This document shows, one piece after another, positions 48,046 to 60,791 of a stretch of 64,000 nucleotides of DNA. A program made the translations under genes and the position numbers. The notes under the pieces are model-generated. The model saw only the letters and a program-made list of their open reading frames with translations, had not been told where the DNA came from and did not search any database. Positions within the stretch are counted from its first letter, which is position 1; every line of letters starts with the position of its first letter. This DNA comes from Lophium mytilinum (Eukaryota). The stretch is from positions 270,606 to 334,605 of the forward strand of contig MU004196.1 in NCBI GenBank assembly GCA_010093605.1, written 5' to 3'.

Positions 48046-50262
48046 TCAATTCGACTGCTCGACCCAGATGCCTCGCTGCACTCTGGCGGGATTGCCGACG
48101 GCAACAACGAACTTGGGAACGCTCTAAAAACGAAGTTAGTTCATGTAGAATCGAACGAATAGTAATCGGAATGGGCTTACATGTGTCACAACTGAGCCAG
48201 CACCGACAGTGGCGCCCTTCCCAATCGTTACACCGGGCAGAATGGTAACATTACCACCAATGTAGACATCTTCCTCGATGATGATTTCTTTCCCGATCGC
48301 AGTTCCCTTGCTCCCTTTCCGAGCCCTTGGATCAGTCGAGACCGTGTTGCCGAATATGTTAACGTTCGGGCCAATGATCGTCCTCGCCATGATGATAATC
48401 CGGCAAGGATCGAGAATCGTGCAATTGGAGCCGAGAACTACTTCATCTCCAATGTTGATGTTATACCCATATTCACAGGTAAACGGTGCATCAACGCAAA
48501 CGTCCTTTCCGAGGCTTCCGATCGGGCTATTGTGTGGAGAACGGAGATTCTTGACCCATTTTGGTTCGAGGACCTCTCGGAAGAGCCGGGCGCGTTCTTC
48601 GCGGGAGATCCCGCCACCGGGATTGCTGCCGTTGTTGAAGCGGAATAGAGAGGCCTTGCATTGCTCGCGCTCGTCGACCAGTTGAGGATTAAATAGCATG
48701 TAATGCTCCCCGCTCAACATCTTCTCCTTCTCAGACTTGGGTTGCTTGACTTCTGGCGGCGGCGCGACATGCTGCTGAGGCGGGCGCGGATGGACACCCT
48801 GAGTGTGATGCTGGAGGGCAAGTTGTGCGGTCATGGCAGACTGGGAAGTGCCAATATTTTGCACATTTTGGCCGTAGCCCGGCGGAGCTGGAGGAGGCCG
48901 CTGGGCAATTGCTGCGGGCTGCATGCTGTGCTCGTACTCATGAGTGTACTGTCGCGGGCGTGGTGCCATTGGAGGCGGCTGCTGGTAATCGTGAGGCGGA
49001 GGAGGCTCTTGGGCGTATGGTCGGGGTTGCTCTGGCCACCCGTTATTCCATGCGGTTCTTGGAGCTGGCCGCTCAACCTCATCAACTACGATGGGTCTCG
49101 TCCGAGCTCCATCGACATGTGATGATGCATGTGGCTCTGCATAGCTTTCTCGGGGATGACCGTGGCTACTTATTGATTAGCAAGTATCCAAAGGAGAAAG
49201 CATGAAGTTCTCACGTGTGGTAGAGTCCAGACTGTTCAGAGAAACGGTCTTTCGCTTGCAGAGGGACGTGTGCCTTGGAAAGACTCGGTTTGGTCCAGGT
49301 AGCTTTATGCGCATAACCTTCGCAGATGAAGCCCCCGCGAATACAGTTACTACCTACGGAGCATTAGCATTTGCGACATAAAGACAGCTTGAACACGTAC
49401 ATTCAGGTTTTGCTTCGTCACATTTCTTCTTTCTCCTCCTACATGTTTGACAGCCAGTCTTTGTTCGGTTGGCAAATTGCTGGAACGTGTTAATCATGGC
49501 CGGAAAAGGTAATAATTGTGACCTTACCCTCTTTCTCTTCTTGGGGTCAACCTGGACACCAGCACGAGTGAGCTCGGTAGTGCTGCTCCGGTCTCCTTGG
49601 TTTTGGGTGTCGCCATCAGCCGTCATGGATCCACCATCAGGACTACCGTCTCTGTCTCCGTTCGATTCCATGCTTCGCGAGTCCCGCTGTAATGCCTCTG
49701 CAAATTGACTTTCGTTCATGTTTTCTGCTCGTTGGCGAGATTGCCACGTGCTTCCGCTTCGCTCGACTGGGTGCTCAATTGAAACAGGCAAGCTATGAGA
49801 AACGGTGTTTGGCGAGTCGTCCTCCTGAACCGAGTCGTAAGATGCAACGCGTCTCCGTGCCTGGGATGTGGCGTTCTCGTAGGCGCGGTAGCCGTTAGCC
49901 TCCTCCTCAGAATCTGATCGCTTCCTCTTCCCTGGGCTGCCGGTGGCGGTTCTCTCAACTCCGTTCGGAGGAGTTACTATTCTATGTCCGTTTCCGTTGG
50001 TCGTGGGATACTGCCAACCCTCTCTCTGGGGCACTGGGACCTTGCGATCCTGCTCTTCGGAGCTGTTTCGCGTAATCGGGGTTACGTTGATGGTGTCGCT
50101 GGCGGGCATGCCGTTGGTCCCGCTCACACCGTTGGTCTTGTGGGGTTGCGGAGGTGAGCCTCGTCCATTCACAGCGGTAAATCCAGTCCGTGCAGGCTCT
50201 CCGAGCTTGTCCTTGTGGCCGAATTCGACTCCGTTAATGAATGGCTGCGCAACAGACGGCAT
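48046..50262 (-). CDS. Zn(II)2Cys6 protein fused to a maltose/galactoside O-acetyltransferase-type (Mac + hexapeptide repeat) domain
   Basis: RTKTGCQTCRRRKKKCDEAKPEC|..NCIRGGFICEGY. C-terminus EKEKMLSGE..APFTCEYGYNINIG..IGGNVTILPGVTIGKGATVGAGSVVT..VAVGNPARV. Confidence 0.88.
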
Positions 50263-53200
50263 GGTAGAGTCCCCAGAGAGTGAAGGGATACTCGCCAGCC
50301 TGGTGAGGTTGGAAGAGAGCGTGGAAGGAGTGGAGATATGTCTGATATGTGGGGCTCACGCGTCTGATCTCAGCTCGGGCGCGGTATTTCGAGCTACTAT
50401 GGGAAGTCAAGGGCAGGCTAAGCGGGCAAGCAGATTACCTTATCCGCATACACAGCTGGCGATCTATTCTTGCTGGCGATTGTCCGGTGGGACAAAGTCC
50501 GACGCGCAAGTCGTACAAGTGGGCGGCTTCCGCGCTTAGAATGGGCGAAGACGCTGGATCTCTCCGCAAAACAGCCAATGCGCCCTGCGCGCGATTCGCC
50601 TCGATCTTCTCTCGAGCTGGCTCCAGTGCTCTCGCGCGACGAAGAAGCGGTGGTGGTGAGGGCGGGGTTATCGCGGATGGTCCGACTCGTTTAACGGTTG
50701 ATACTGGGGAATAGAGAACGTGGTAGCCGCGCTGAACAACGGAGGAGGCGGAATGAAGGCGACGGCGGCGGTGGAGATAGCTGCTCGGAGGGAACGGGCA
50801 GACAGCGCAGTGTATAAAGCGCGGCGAGCGCAGGCAGTCCTGCAGAGGCTCGGGGAGGGGCGCAGCGTGGGCAGGTTGCGGTGGACGGCGGCGGCTGTTC
50901 TTGTCCTCAGCACGGGTGGCCGACAGCTAGATCCCCGTCGAGAACGCTCATTGGACGTGGGCCTGGCGAGTGCAGGCGGCTAGGGTCGACGGCAGCGCGA
51001 TCGCTGGTGGGCTTGCGCCGTTTCCCGTGGCGCATCGATGGGGGACTATGTGGTGGACGAGGACGTAGTAAACGGGTATCACGAGACCAGACTCAACACC
51101 ATGATTTGCCCACAACAACAACAAAACCACACAAACAACGACTTCAACAGTACACACAGCAAGAGCTGGGTGGGAGAAGAGGGCATTCGCCGACAAGGGT
51201 CTGTGAGGCACAGATGTGGATGCAGCTCAGCGCGCACCGGCAGCGGCAGCACGTCCCCGGCGGCCACACCCTGCGAGAGGCGGTTCGGGGTGCTGGAGAC
51301 GACGCATCCCACGCCGCTGGTTGGCCCTCACCGACGGCATCCCGGGCAGCCTTGCAGCGAGGACAACCGGCGAGCCGACTGCTTTTGCGACAGCCGCGCC
51401 AGGCTCGCCAGGCGCTGTTCCATCTCGAATACACCGTCGGGTCGCGCACACCTCGCCTACAACTCGATCATCCAACAGCGGCCGGGTGGACGTCCCTGGA
51501 CCTCAAGTCTCGAGTCCTCAGACTTCATTTTGGCCTCTGGGGCTCTCCTGAGTGTTTAGCGCCCACCTCTCATGCCCTCTCGCGCGCTGGCGCTTACGCC
51601 TGTGATCTGCTTGTAGCACGACGAAGCCGCGAGGCAGTGCAGCGACGCGCCGACTCCCTCCAGCGGGTGGAGATTGCCTGAGGGCCGTCAGAGGCGTTTC
51701 ACGGCCTGCTCAGGTGCCTCTCTTTTAGGGCTGCCACGCCGTAGCCCGCGTTTCATCGCTGCCCACGCCGCCCAGAACTTGGCCTATCCGACGACCCGCT
51801 CTCTCCACACGCCAGCGGACCCTTTAAGGTTCCTCTAGATCCCGCACCTGCTCGCTCCCACCGTCGTGTGCCTCGCCTCAAGCCGTCCTCTGCGACCTTT
51901 TACGCGCCCTCAACCGCCCATCTTGCTTGCTCGCCGCTTCCAGGGAACGTGGCGGAGGCTGCTGTGAAACATCTCCCAGCAAAAGCCAGCCGCTGCCTGT
52001 TCAGGCTGCTGGTGCGTGTCCCGAACATACGCTCTCTCGCGCCGCTGAACGAAGCGCCACGTCGGCCCCGACCAAGAGTCGTCGGGATTGGGCACCACGT
52101 CCCCGCTGCTTGACGAGCCTCGAGAACGCATCCGGTGGCGAAGGCGGCCGACATGGCTCGCCCCTGGCAGCTTACCCGGCAGCTTGTAGCCGCGGGCAAT
52201 GAGCCGTGCTGCTCGCGCATATGAATGGACGAGCCAGCCGCCAGGAACCACATGACCGCCGACACGCCCGTTCTATGCAAGGTGACTAGCTGACTTCCTT
52301 GTTTACTGATTGACCCTCTACACACTGCGATTCCGCGCCGCAACTCCCAATCTTCTGCTCTCCTTGCCTCAGTCCCAAGGCTCGTCTTGGGCTCGTGCCG
52401 TTCCCGAGCCGTCCCGCAAAAAGAGAACATCGACAGCTGCTGGGTCTCTAGCCGTGCTGGAAATACTCAAGATTGGCGGGACCCTGTACCGAGCCCACGG
52501 ATGGGCGGTTTTCTGGGTCTCGTGGCGCTTCGAGGAACTGCTCACAAGAACAATGCTCCTCCTGTTTATCCTTTTAATCTACTCACGCGCCCTGTTTTCA
52601 ACCTGCATTTCATTCGGCATCGGGGACGTGCCCAGTTCAGATAACTACCTCTCGTGCATACAACCGCCCCCCACCAATAGATTCCTTCGGTGACGAAACC
52701 GCAAGTCACCCTGCCCTATATTACGTGTGCTGCATCAATTGAACAGCCGTGGCGTTCGTGTCAGCGAACAGCTGCAGGAGATCTTGTCGAATTGGTTGTT
52801 GGTGGGTTGCTGTGCCGCGATACGCAGTCTGCCTCGCCGCCCTCGCCGCAATCCTAAGAGAAGTCACACGGGGTGCAATCCCTGCACCCTCTGGCTTTCG
52901 AATCAGATTCATTCAGGGTTTCCATATCGATATTTGGAATGCCGGAGCTTGGGTTCCCCCTCCAAGCCCGTACCTCATAGGTACACTGCCATTCAACATC
53001 GGAGCTTCACAACGGAAGACGCCGGGTCGAAAAAGAGCTGCCGTGCTGCATGCAAATGTAAATTTGTAGACCAGTTCCATATGGCAGCTTCCAATGCTCA
53101 CTGACACCGCAAACATCTCATGGTAAACTCATCAACGTAGTATGGAGATGCTCAAAGTTGACGGCTACAGGACTGTAATCGTAGAGACCCACTAGTGCTA

Positions 53201-54024
53201 ACTGCAGGGCTACTCCACCCATTTATATATATTAATAACACTCTCCTCGCATCATCCCACTGTCCGATGTTGTGACCACCGCAGAACAGCGTTTTCAGAA
53301 GTCAACAGCAAGAAGAAGCAGTATACTTACCGATTGCTATTATGTTCCGAGATCTAGCTATTAGCCAATGAACTGATTATAGTGATTTCTCAGTCAATTC
53401 AATCTCAATCAAAGGCAGCACCACACGGTTTTGAAGTTCTGCGAGAATTCGTAACTATATCACGTGAAGCGCTAACGACTTTGGCGAGGCTGACGACACC
53501 TCTTCTCACCTGCACACAGTGTGCATGCATCTACCTACGCCTCGAACTCATCCCAGTAGACTCCTGATAAGCCACAAAATCATACATCAAGCACAAAATC
53601 GATGATATTCCAAACATAGTGGGTCATGCCCTCCCGCTAACGATGTCACTAATTCCAGAGAGCAACTACAAAATAAATGTTCAGCTCCAGATGAACACAG
53701 GTTGCCACTCAGTCAACCTTGAGGTGCCTGCATTGATTTCAATGTTCGAAAGGGCGTTCTTGCATTCTGATTGATGCTTCTCCTTCTCTGCCTAACGCCA
53801 ATGGACGCACATGCGTTGGCGGAGTTGTGGCTGTGTAAGGCTGCCAAGCTGAGGTCGTGAACGGTGAGCGGGGAGGTTTTCAGCCTTCCCCGCAACATTT
53901 TTTTCTTCGTTTTCTCTTCTCGTTTCCTCGCAGTGTTGGTAGGCTTCGAGTCTAGCAAACGAATCAGCAAAACAGTCCGGTCTCATTAGAGCGAAAGCTT
54001 GCTTCGACGCCGGACTAGAGCGGT

Positions 54025-57000
54025 ATGGCTGAGCCCTATAACCGCAAAAGCGCTTCGGTGGCCAAGAACGATGCTGCACAAGGCGGGCTCCCACCTCGGC
54101 ATGATACAACTTTACCTAGGCTTCCCGGGCTTCCCAATGACTACGCCCAAAACGAAGCGTCGCCGTCAAGGTATCCTGATCTTGTTCAAGACGAGCCACG
54201 TCCTTTTATGGAGAATCAGTATCTAGTCCCTGAACCTAGACGCAGTAGACCAGATGAAGACTACTCGCAGGTGAGCTTCGCTCCTTTCAGTTCATATTGT
54301 AGGCGGAGGAGGCACTGGTTAAGGAACTGAAGTGTTTCCTTGTCTGGGTCCTGAAGTAGGCAAAGCAGTGGTTATGGTTATCACCTTTAGTCTCACCTTG
54401 TAGGCTATTCGAATGTCTTAGTAACTGATATTTTGGCCAGAGTAACATAGGATACGGATCGCAGCTGAAAGGCTCCAGCAATCTAGGTATGCCAAGCAAT
54501 TTCAACGCACATCAACTTGGCTCGTCATTATACGCAAGCAAGTTATTCGATTCCGGCCCAGGACATGAAATAGAGCCAGAACTGGAATATTCAGGAAGTT
54601 CCCGGTCTAGGAAAAGGCAACGGACCAAGAGCCCAGAAGCTCACTACACTTCTAATTTTCTCCATCCTTCTGCGAAAAACCCTGGGCAAAGCGGAACTTT
54701 TCCCTCCCGGCTAGGACCACGAGAGACGGGTCCAAAACTTAACCCTACAGCAGCCTTTTCAACCCCTTTAGTCCGTCCAAATAAACAAAATCATGGAACA
54801 CACACTGCAGCCATCCAAGACCAACTTGGAACAGCCCTTGGGATGAAGGAGCTGAAATTACATGCCTCCCTTATGCCAGCGTCTACTGCAACTATCGTCG
54901 GCAATGTTTGCAAGTATGCACACCCAGACGGCTCAATCCCATCCGAAGAGAAGATCATCGCGCTGTCAACCTTGACAGATGTGCCATCGCAAGTCATCTC
55001 TGCCTGGGCTAGAGTGTATCAAGGAAGCAGAACTGTAGCCAAAGCTGATTCAGGTCGCACTCGTAATAAAGGCTTACCCCAAAGCGGTTCGAAACAAAGG
55101 AACGACGCCCTTGGGCCTTCCGTCCCTTCAGATTCTCCAACTGCTCTAGAGCCTGATTATTTCCAAACATACCAACCCTTGTCTCATCCGTCTCCCTATA
55201 TGCCATCTTCACGACCGCAATCTGCCACTTTAGATCCAAAACAAGAGCCCTTTCGGAAGGGAGACTTCCCGTGCCCTGGAATTTCAGGTATCACCACCGA
55301 CGACTCTCTTGGCTCTGTCGATGCGTTTGCAAACTGGAATTTCTCACAGCCCAACGCAACAACGCAGCACTCGCCCGTATTCCCCGAGGTGCCATGCCAG
55401 AGTCTTAACGGCAGTCATCTGATCCCTGCCATAAGAAACATCGAGCCGAACGGCCAGGTACTAGATGCTCAATGGCTAGCTGCGCCTGAAGATCTCTTCG
55501 CGGCTTCAAGTATATATGACGCTGGCACGCCTCAGGCGCCCCTTCCCCAGCAAAATCAACATCGCCAAAACATTAGTGTCCATACCAACTTCCCAATTTA
55601 CAACAACAACGAGACCCCCAACACGCCAAATAATGCCAGTATTCTCAGTCCAGTCAGCATGGGCGGAGAGCGATCGCCCGTTTCTGAGTGTTCTGAGGAA
55701 GATTCAGCCGCCATCAACGAGGAACAGTACGCCACCAGCGACGAGGAAGACTCCCTCCCCATCAAGTGTATCTGTGGCTTCTTTGACGACGATGGCTCTA
55801 CTGTTCCGTGCAAAACATGCAACAAGTGGCAGCACCTAACCTGCTACTATGACACTAGTGACGTGCCTGACAACCACGAGTGCGTGGACTGCTCACCCAG
55901 ACAGGTTGACTCGGAAAGGGCAGCCGTGCGACAACGCCAGCTTCGAAATCTGCCCAAATCCGAAGAAAGCACACCTTTGCCAGCCAATAGGCATTCAGAT
56001 CCCAGCCAAAGACAATCGATCGCTCTAGTCTCAGAACGAACGATTAACGTCCCCGGTGTTGTCGTTCCTTCTGATTCTGGGTATCAAAGTGGTTTAGGGA
56101 CAGACACAGCGTCTGTCTGTTCGGAGGAATCTGTCGGAAGCTCCCTCGGCCTTTCTCAGGACTTTCTCCAAGACTTTGTTGCTTTCTTTGGAGATGTACT
56201 CATCGAGAGGGCAGGCGCACGGAACTGGGCGGAGCATGCCCTTGCGCAACATCCATCGGAGGTTATCGAAAAGAGACTCAATTCGCTGCTGAAAGACTAT
56301 GCCATGGAACTGCTAGAGACGAAAGATACTGTTGTGAAAGATTACTTAAAAAACAGAACCCCCGCTCGAGCCTTAGGAACAGACGTACGCATTGCGACTG
56401 GTGCAACAAAATTGATTCGCAGGTACCGCCCAAAAATAACACGTTACTTTCGAGACAATATCACTACGGCCGCAATTTCAGCAGATTCGATGTCCTCGCG
56501 TCTACAGGAAATAGGCAAGCAACTCACTCTCAGAGAGAGGTTGGCGTTGTTCGAAAGACAATCAGCAACGAAGACAGATCCGAGCGAAGGCCTCGAAGAC
56601 AACGACGATGACGCTGATGATAGAGAGTATGAAGCTGACTTGGCGCCCATCCAAGACTTTCTAGTCTCCGGAGAACCATTTCAAAATCTGCTGACAGCAG
56701 TACGCCGAAGTCTATATTACAATGATCTTTCCGGAATGGAGCAAGCCAGACAACAAGTTTATGCGGCGTTAGCAATCCAATGCACAGGCGCGTGTATCCG
56801 CCCGGAGCTACCTCTTAATGAATACCCCGGTACACGCCAAGAGTGTCACTGTAACTGCACTGAGGCTCGGCTGGACCTAGTCGTTGATTGGAGTTTACCG
56901 GAATTTCTAAATTCACAATTCAGCCGACGAATACCTCGATTAGGATCTTTGATCACACTCACTGGCTCAGCTCTATACGCACAAGCAGCCACATGTTCAG

Positions 57001-59510
57001 AGTACCTCCAATCGACATGGCCTAGTAGTGGGGGGCTATTCCTCGACTCTCTTCAGGATGCGCTGGATAAACGATTTAGCGCTGACTCTGCGGAATGTAT
57101 CCATCTTGATCGTAAGTTCAGACCAGATCTTTAGTCCCTTTGCGTTTCGTATAAACCACAGCGCAATTGTGCCTTATCCAAATTCCAGTTTCTCTTACAT
57201 GGCCCAAATGTTGGGGTTTTCAAATATCCATACTTCTCTTCATGGCTACTGTTGTTCGTCTACTTGCCATCAAGCTCATCCACTAACGGTGTTGGTCTAG
57301 ATACCTCCTCGAAACTACGCATCAAATTTACTCTGCCTCCGGTGTCCTCCAAAAAAGACGGTACTAGCAGAATGGAGATCTGTGCAAACGGAATTCCGCA
57401 ACATCTCACTGAACTCACTCAGCAAATATTGTGGATTGGATCTGCATTGAACTTTTCGGCTTCAAGTGAGCAGATAGCCTACTCGGAGGCCGTAATTGGC
57501 CAGGGCCCATCTTGCTTGAATATCTCCTTCCGTAATACGGCCTTACATCCCACCGAAAATCCATGCTGGCTTCCACTCTTCTCTGGTGCAACTATTGCAC
57601 GAAATTTCCCCATTCCCGAGCGTCAAGACCAGACAGGACTGGAGATACCAATAGACATCATGGCAGGGATTGCTGGAGTTCGACACGCTGTAGAGTATGC
57701 CGGCGGTGTCGTCATGAAAGGGTTCTCGTCCATGTTTGTGCCCATTGAAAGGCTCGGAAACCTCGTGCAATGGCATCTAATCTCCAGTTCGGACTGCGAC
57801 ACTCGGCTGAGCTATAAAGACGTTCTCGAAAGATGTAAGAACCGAGCTACTCTCAAAGATGTGAGCCTAGACTCTCTTCGCACTACTCGCGCTATTGTTG
57901 GTTGGTGCAATACGGCGAGCACAACCCTGGGGTCTGCCTTGGCCAACTATGAGAACCTCGACTACTCTGGAGCAAAAGATGCTGAGAGCTCACTAAAGTG
58001 TGCTGGTGGTACGCTTGGATTCCAGCAATTTGGAGTTGCTCAAGCCGATTTCAGTTTTGGGCCCAAGGACGGGAAATGCCACTTCCAGAGGAACGGGCCT
58101 TATGAGAGTATTGTCAAGATCGCGGAGAAGACCCCGGTCACTCTCTATGACACAGCAGAAAATCGAGCCTGGCTGGTGCCCGCTTCAAGTGTCATTCTCC
58201 ACATTGCTCAGCACCGAAACTGGTTGGAACCTTTTCAAGTTGACGGCCAGCGTGTCAATCTCTTCTCTTCCTTAGCGAAGTGCTCATCAATCAGAGACAT
58301 TCTACTCCGGAATGCCTCAATCGAGTTGTCAGATTACGAGAGATACACATTCAAAGACATGGTCACTAACATATGGTCACTTCTCGAGTTTCTCTTAGAC
58401 CAAAATGTGAGAATTGATCGGACGGCAGGCGGAGCCATCGAAAAGCCATGCCAAGATATACTTAAGGGTTTCGAATTCAAGGCCGTTGTCGAAGAACTAT
58501 CACCGTTTCGCCAGAAACAGGCCAAAATTAAGAAGACTTGCGGCGGTTGGCCAACTCTTGTTCGCGACATTGATGCTCTGGTTCTCTTCGCGAACGGTTT
58601 CGAGGATCTCATTCTACCTCTAGAAGACGAAAGCGCCGATCTTTGCAGGCTTTGGCAAAGAGTACCAAAAGGGCAAGACTATTTGGCCACTAGCGTCAAG
58701 ACCCTTACTGACCTATACAATGTCGCTGGATGTAGAACTAGCCGTGCTTACCTTACTTCTACTGAATTGCAGTGGCACCGGGGTACCTCAACTCTTTTCG
58801 AGCCTTGTAAGAATCCGGGAGCCTACAGATGCGAGTGTGTCCGACTGCAGCGGATCCTGCCTAAATCTGCGACTGGTACCATCATACCCCCAGGCTCCCT
58901 AACAGAAGCCAAAGATGGTGCCGTTATCTTCGGGCACTCTAGTACTGTGTTACAAACGCTCAAGCCTACTTTTAAAGTCCCGTCGACCAAAGGGCTATTC
59001 ACTCAACCAAACATTCCTCTCACTCCGGTCATCGTGGGCCAGGATTCGGACGAAGGTCTCACGGACGGCGAAACAGTAGGGCAAACGGACTCAGATGGCA
59101 CTGGCATAACACCATCGTCAAGTATAACATCATACACCAACGAGGATGAATCTAGCAACCAGGACGTGAGTATGACCGGCCTGGAGCTTGAACCTAGGGG
59201 TTCGCGAAAACGACGGTGGCCTCCCGATGAGTCTGGCGATAGCCTAATGGCACCCCAGCGAAAGTGCCAGTTTCTTGAACCGAACAAGAGGACGAAAAAC
59301 ACGACGCCCAGCCGCGAGATGAATCCTGGTTGCCGTGTATTCGGCGGGAGTCAAAAGTCTCCTGAGCCTTCGACACTGGGTCCTGGCAATGAGACATATT
59401 CTTGTCAGTTCGGGGACCCAACCTGCCTGAAGTCTCCACCCCAACTTCGCGTTCTGAAAAAGCAAACGGCTCAGACCTTTGATCGGCGGTATACTCAAAG
59501 GGAGCCGTGA
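54025..59510 (+). CDS. ~1708-aa multidomain protein: homeodomain-like remnant, Set3-type PHD finger and an uncharacterised fungal C-terminal domain
   Basis: Exons 54025-54270, 54441-57111 and 57301-59510 join in frame (GTGAGC..CAG; GTAAGT..CTAAC..TAG). C4HC3 PHD at 55767-55892. The C-terminal region CWLPLF..IARNFPIPER..GLEIP..GVVMKGFSSMFVP..QWHL is typical of a fungal hypothetical-protein family. Confidence 0.8.
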
Positions 59511-60791
59511 TTGACCTGGCGAGGTTTGACAACCTCAGCTCTCTCTCGAGCGCTGCGAACCAATGCAATGATGGTCTTCACCATTTTATGGATAGCGAAT
59601 GGAGTTCTAGCCAAGGAAACTAGATTTCCATCGACCTGCGTCCGCTAGCTGGGCCTCAGCTCAACAGCATTCATCGAAGCCCATCAGATGCCGAAATCGT
59701 TCTGTGCGAGTGGTTTCCGGTGACAGTCAGCCACCTTCACGTCGTCAGCGATCTTGTCCACAGTTTTGTTGCGCAGAGATTTCGGGATTGTGGAAACATG
59801 GCTCGGCTTTCACCAGGCCTCAAATTTGTGACCCCGAGACCCAAAGATGGCTTTTCCCTGGAGGGCCCAGCTCAACCTCCACCCGCAAGCAGTTGTCTGC
59901 GTTGTGTTAGTGGATAGAGATTGGAGAAGGCAGGACACTGGGCCTAGAAGAAAGTGGCGGGGGCATGATCTTGGGTTTATACGACACCATTTCCTGGGGT
60001 TTTAACAAGCGGAGGATCGATTTAGATGGATGAGTTTCTATGATTGGAGCTCTAATCGGGATGAACATGCTGATGATACTCCTGGGGCATAAGGAAACAT
60101 GTTCAACGGCCGAGAACTCGTGACGGATAGTACTAGGATATCAATTTGCCGGGCTATATAGAGCAAAACGTGACGAGGAACCTTGTGAAAGAAAGGGTCT
60201 GGTGAACATTTGAGGATTTCGAAATAGTCTTACGGTTGTCTCCCCAGCCATCCATGGTACTGGAAACAACAGAGCCGACGACCTCGTCCCACTATAGGGG
60301 GCCAAACAAGTGACCCTCACCCGACATCCCCATCCCCTCCCCCCCCATTCCATCAGCAATATGCGCACACCTGCATGCAGCAGCGGCGACAAAATGTTGC
60401 CCTCCACGCCTCCCACCCTGCGCAGCCCACGCGGCATTAACGCGGGCGGGATCGTCCGCTGGGCCGGTGGTACAGAAACTCGAATCTATTATCCCTCCTA
60501 TGCTCCCCCATCTCGCCCACGCAATCCATCCCACCACGTTCCGGCCGCTTGGACGCGGAAAAGCATAGTCGCGTTTTTGCGGGGAGAAAAAAGGCCAGCG
60601 CTCTGAGCCGGGGCCTGCAGTTAGCGAAAACCCGCCCAGCCGAGGGAGGGAAAGCTTGCCGGTGACATAGCTCCAGAAGCAACCTCAACTCTGCTTTGCT
60701 TGCTCCCCACCATCAACCCCGGATTCCACCCCCGCCGATCCTCCACCACGCCTCGACTGATGCTCGTGTAGCTGTGCGAGGCAGTGCCACG

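Noticed and set aside
50349..53116. Many overlapping ORFs upstream of the Zn2Cys6 gene
   Set aside because: GC-rich, stop-poor sequence with no recognisable motifs or coherent exon structure.
53150..53210. tRNA-Tyr-like GGACTGTAATC
   Set aside because: No D-arm, T-arm or acceptor stem could be built.
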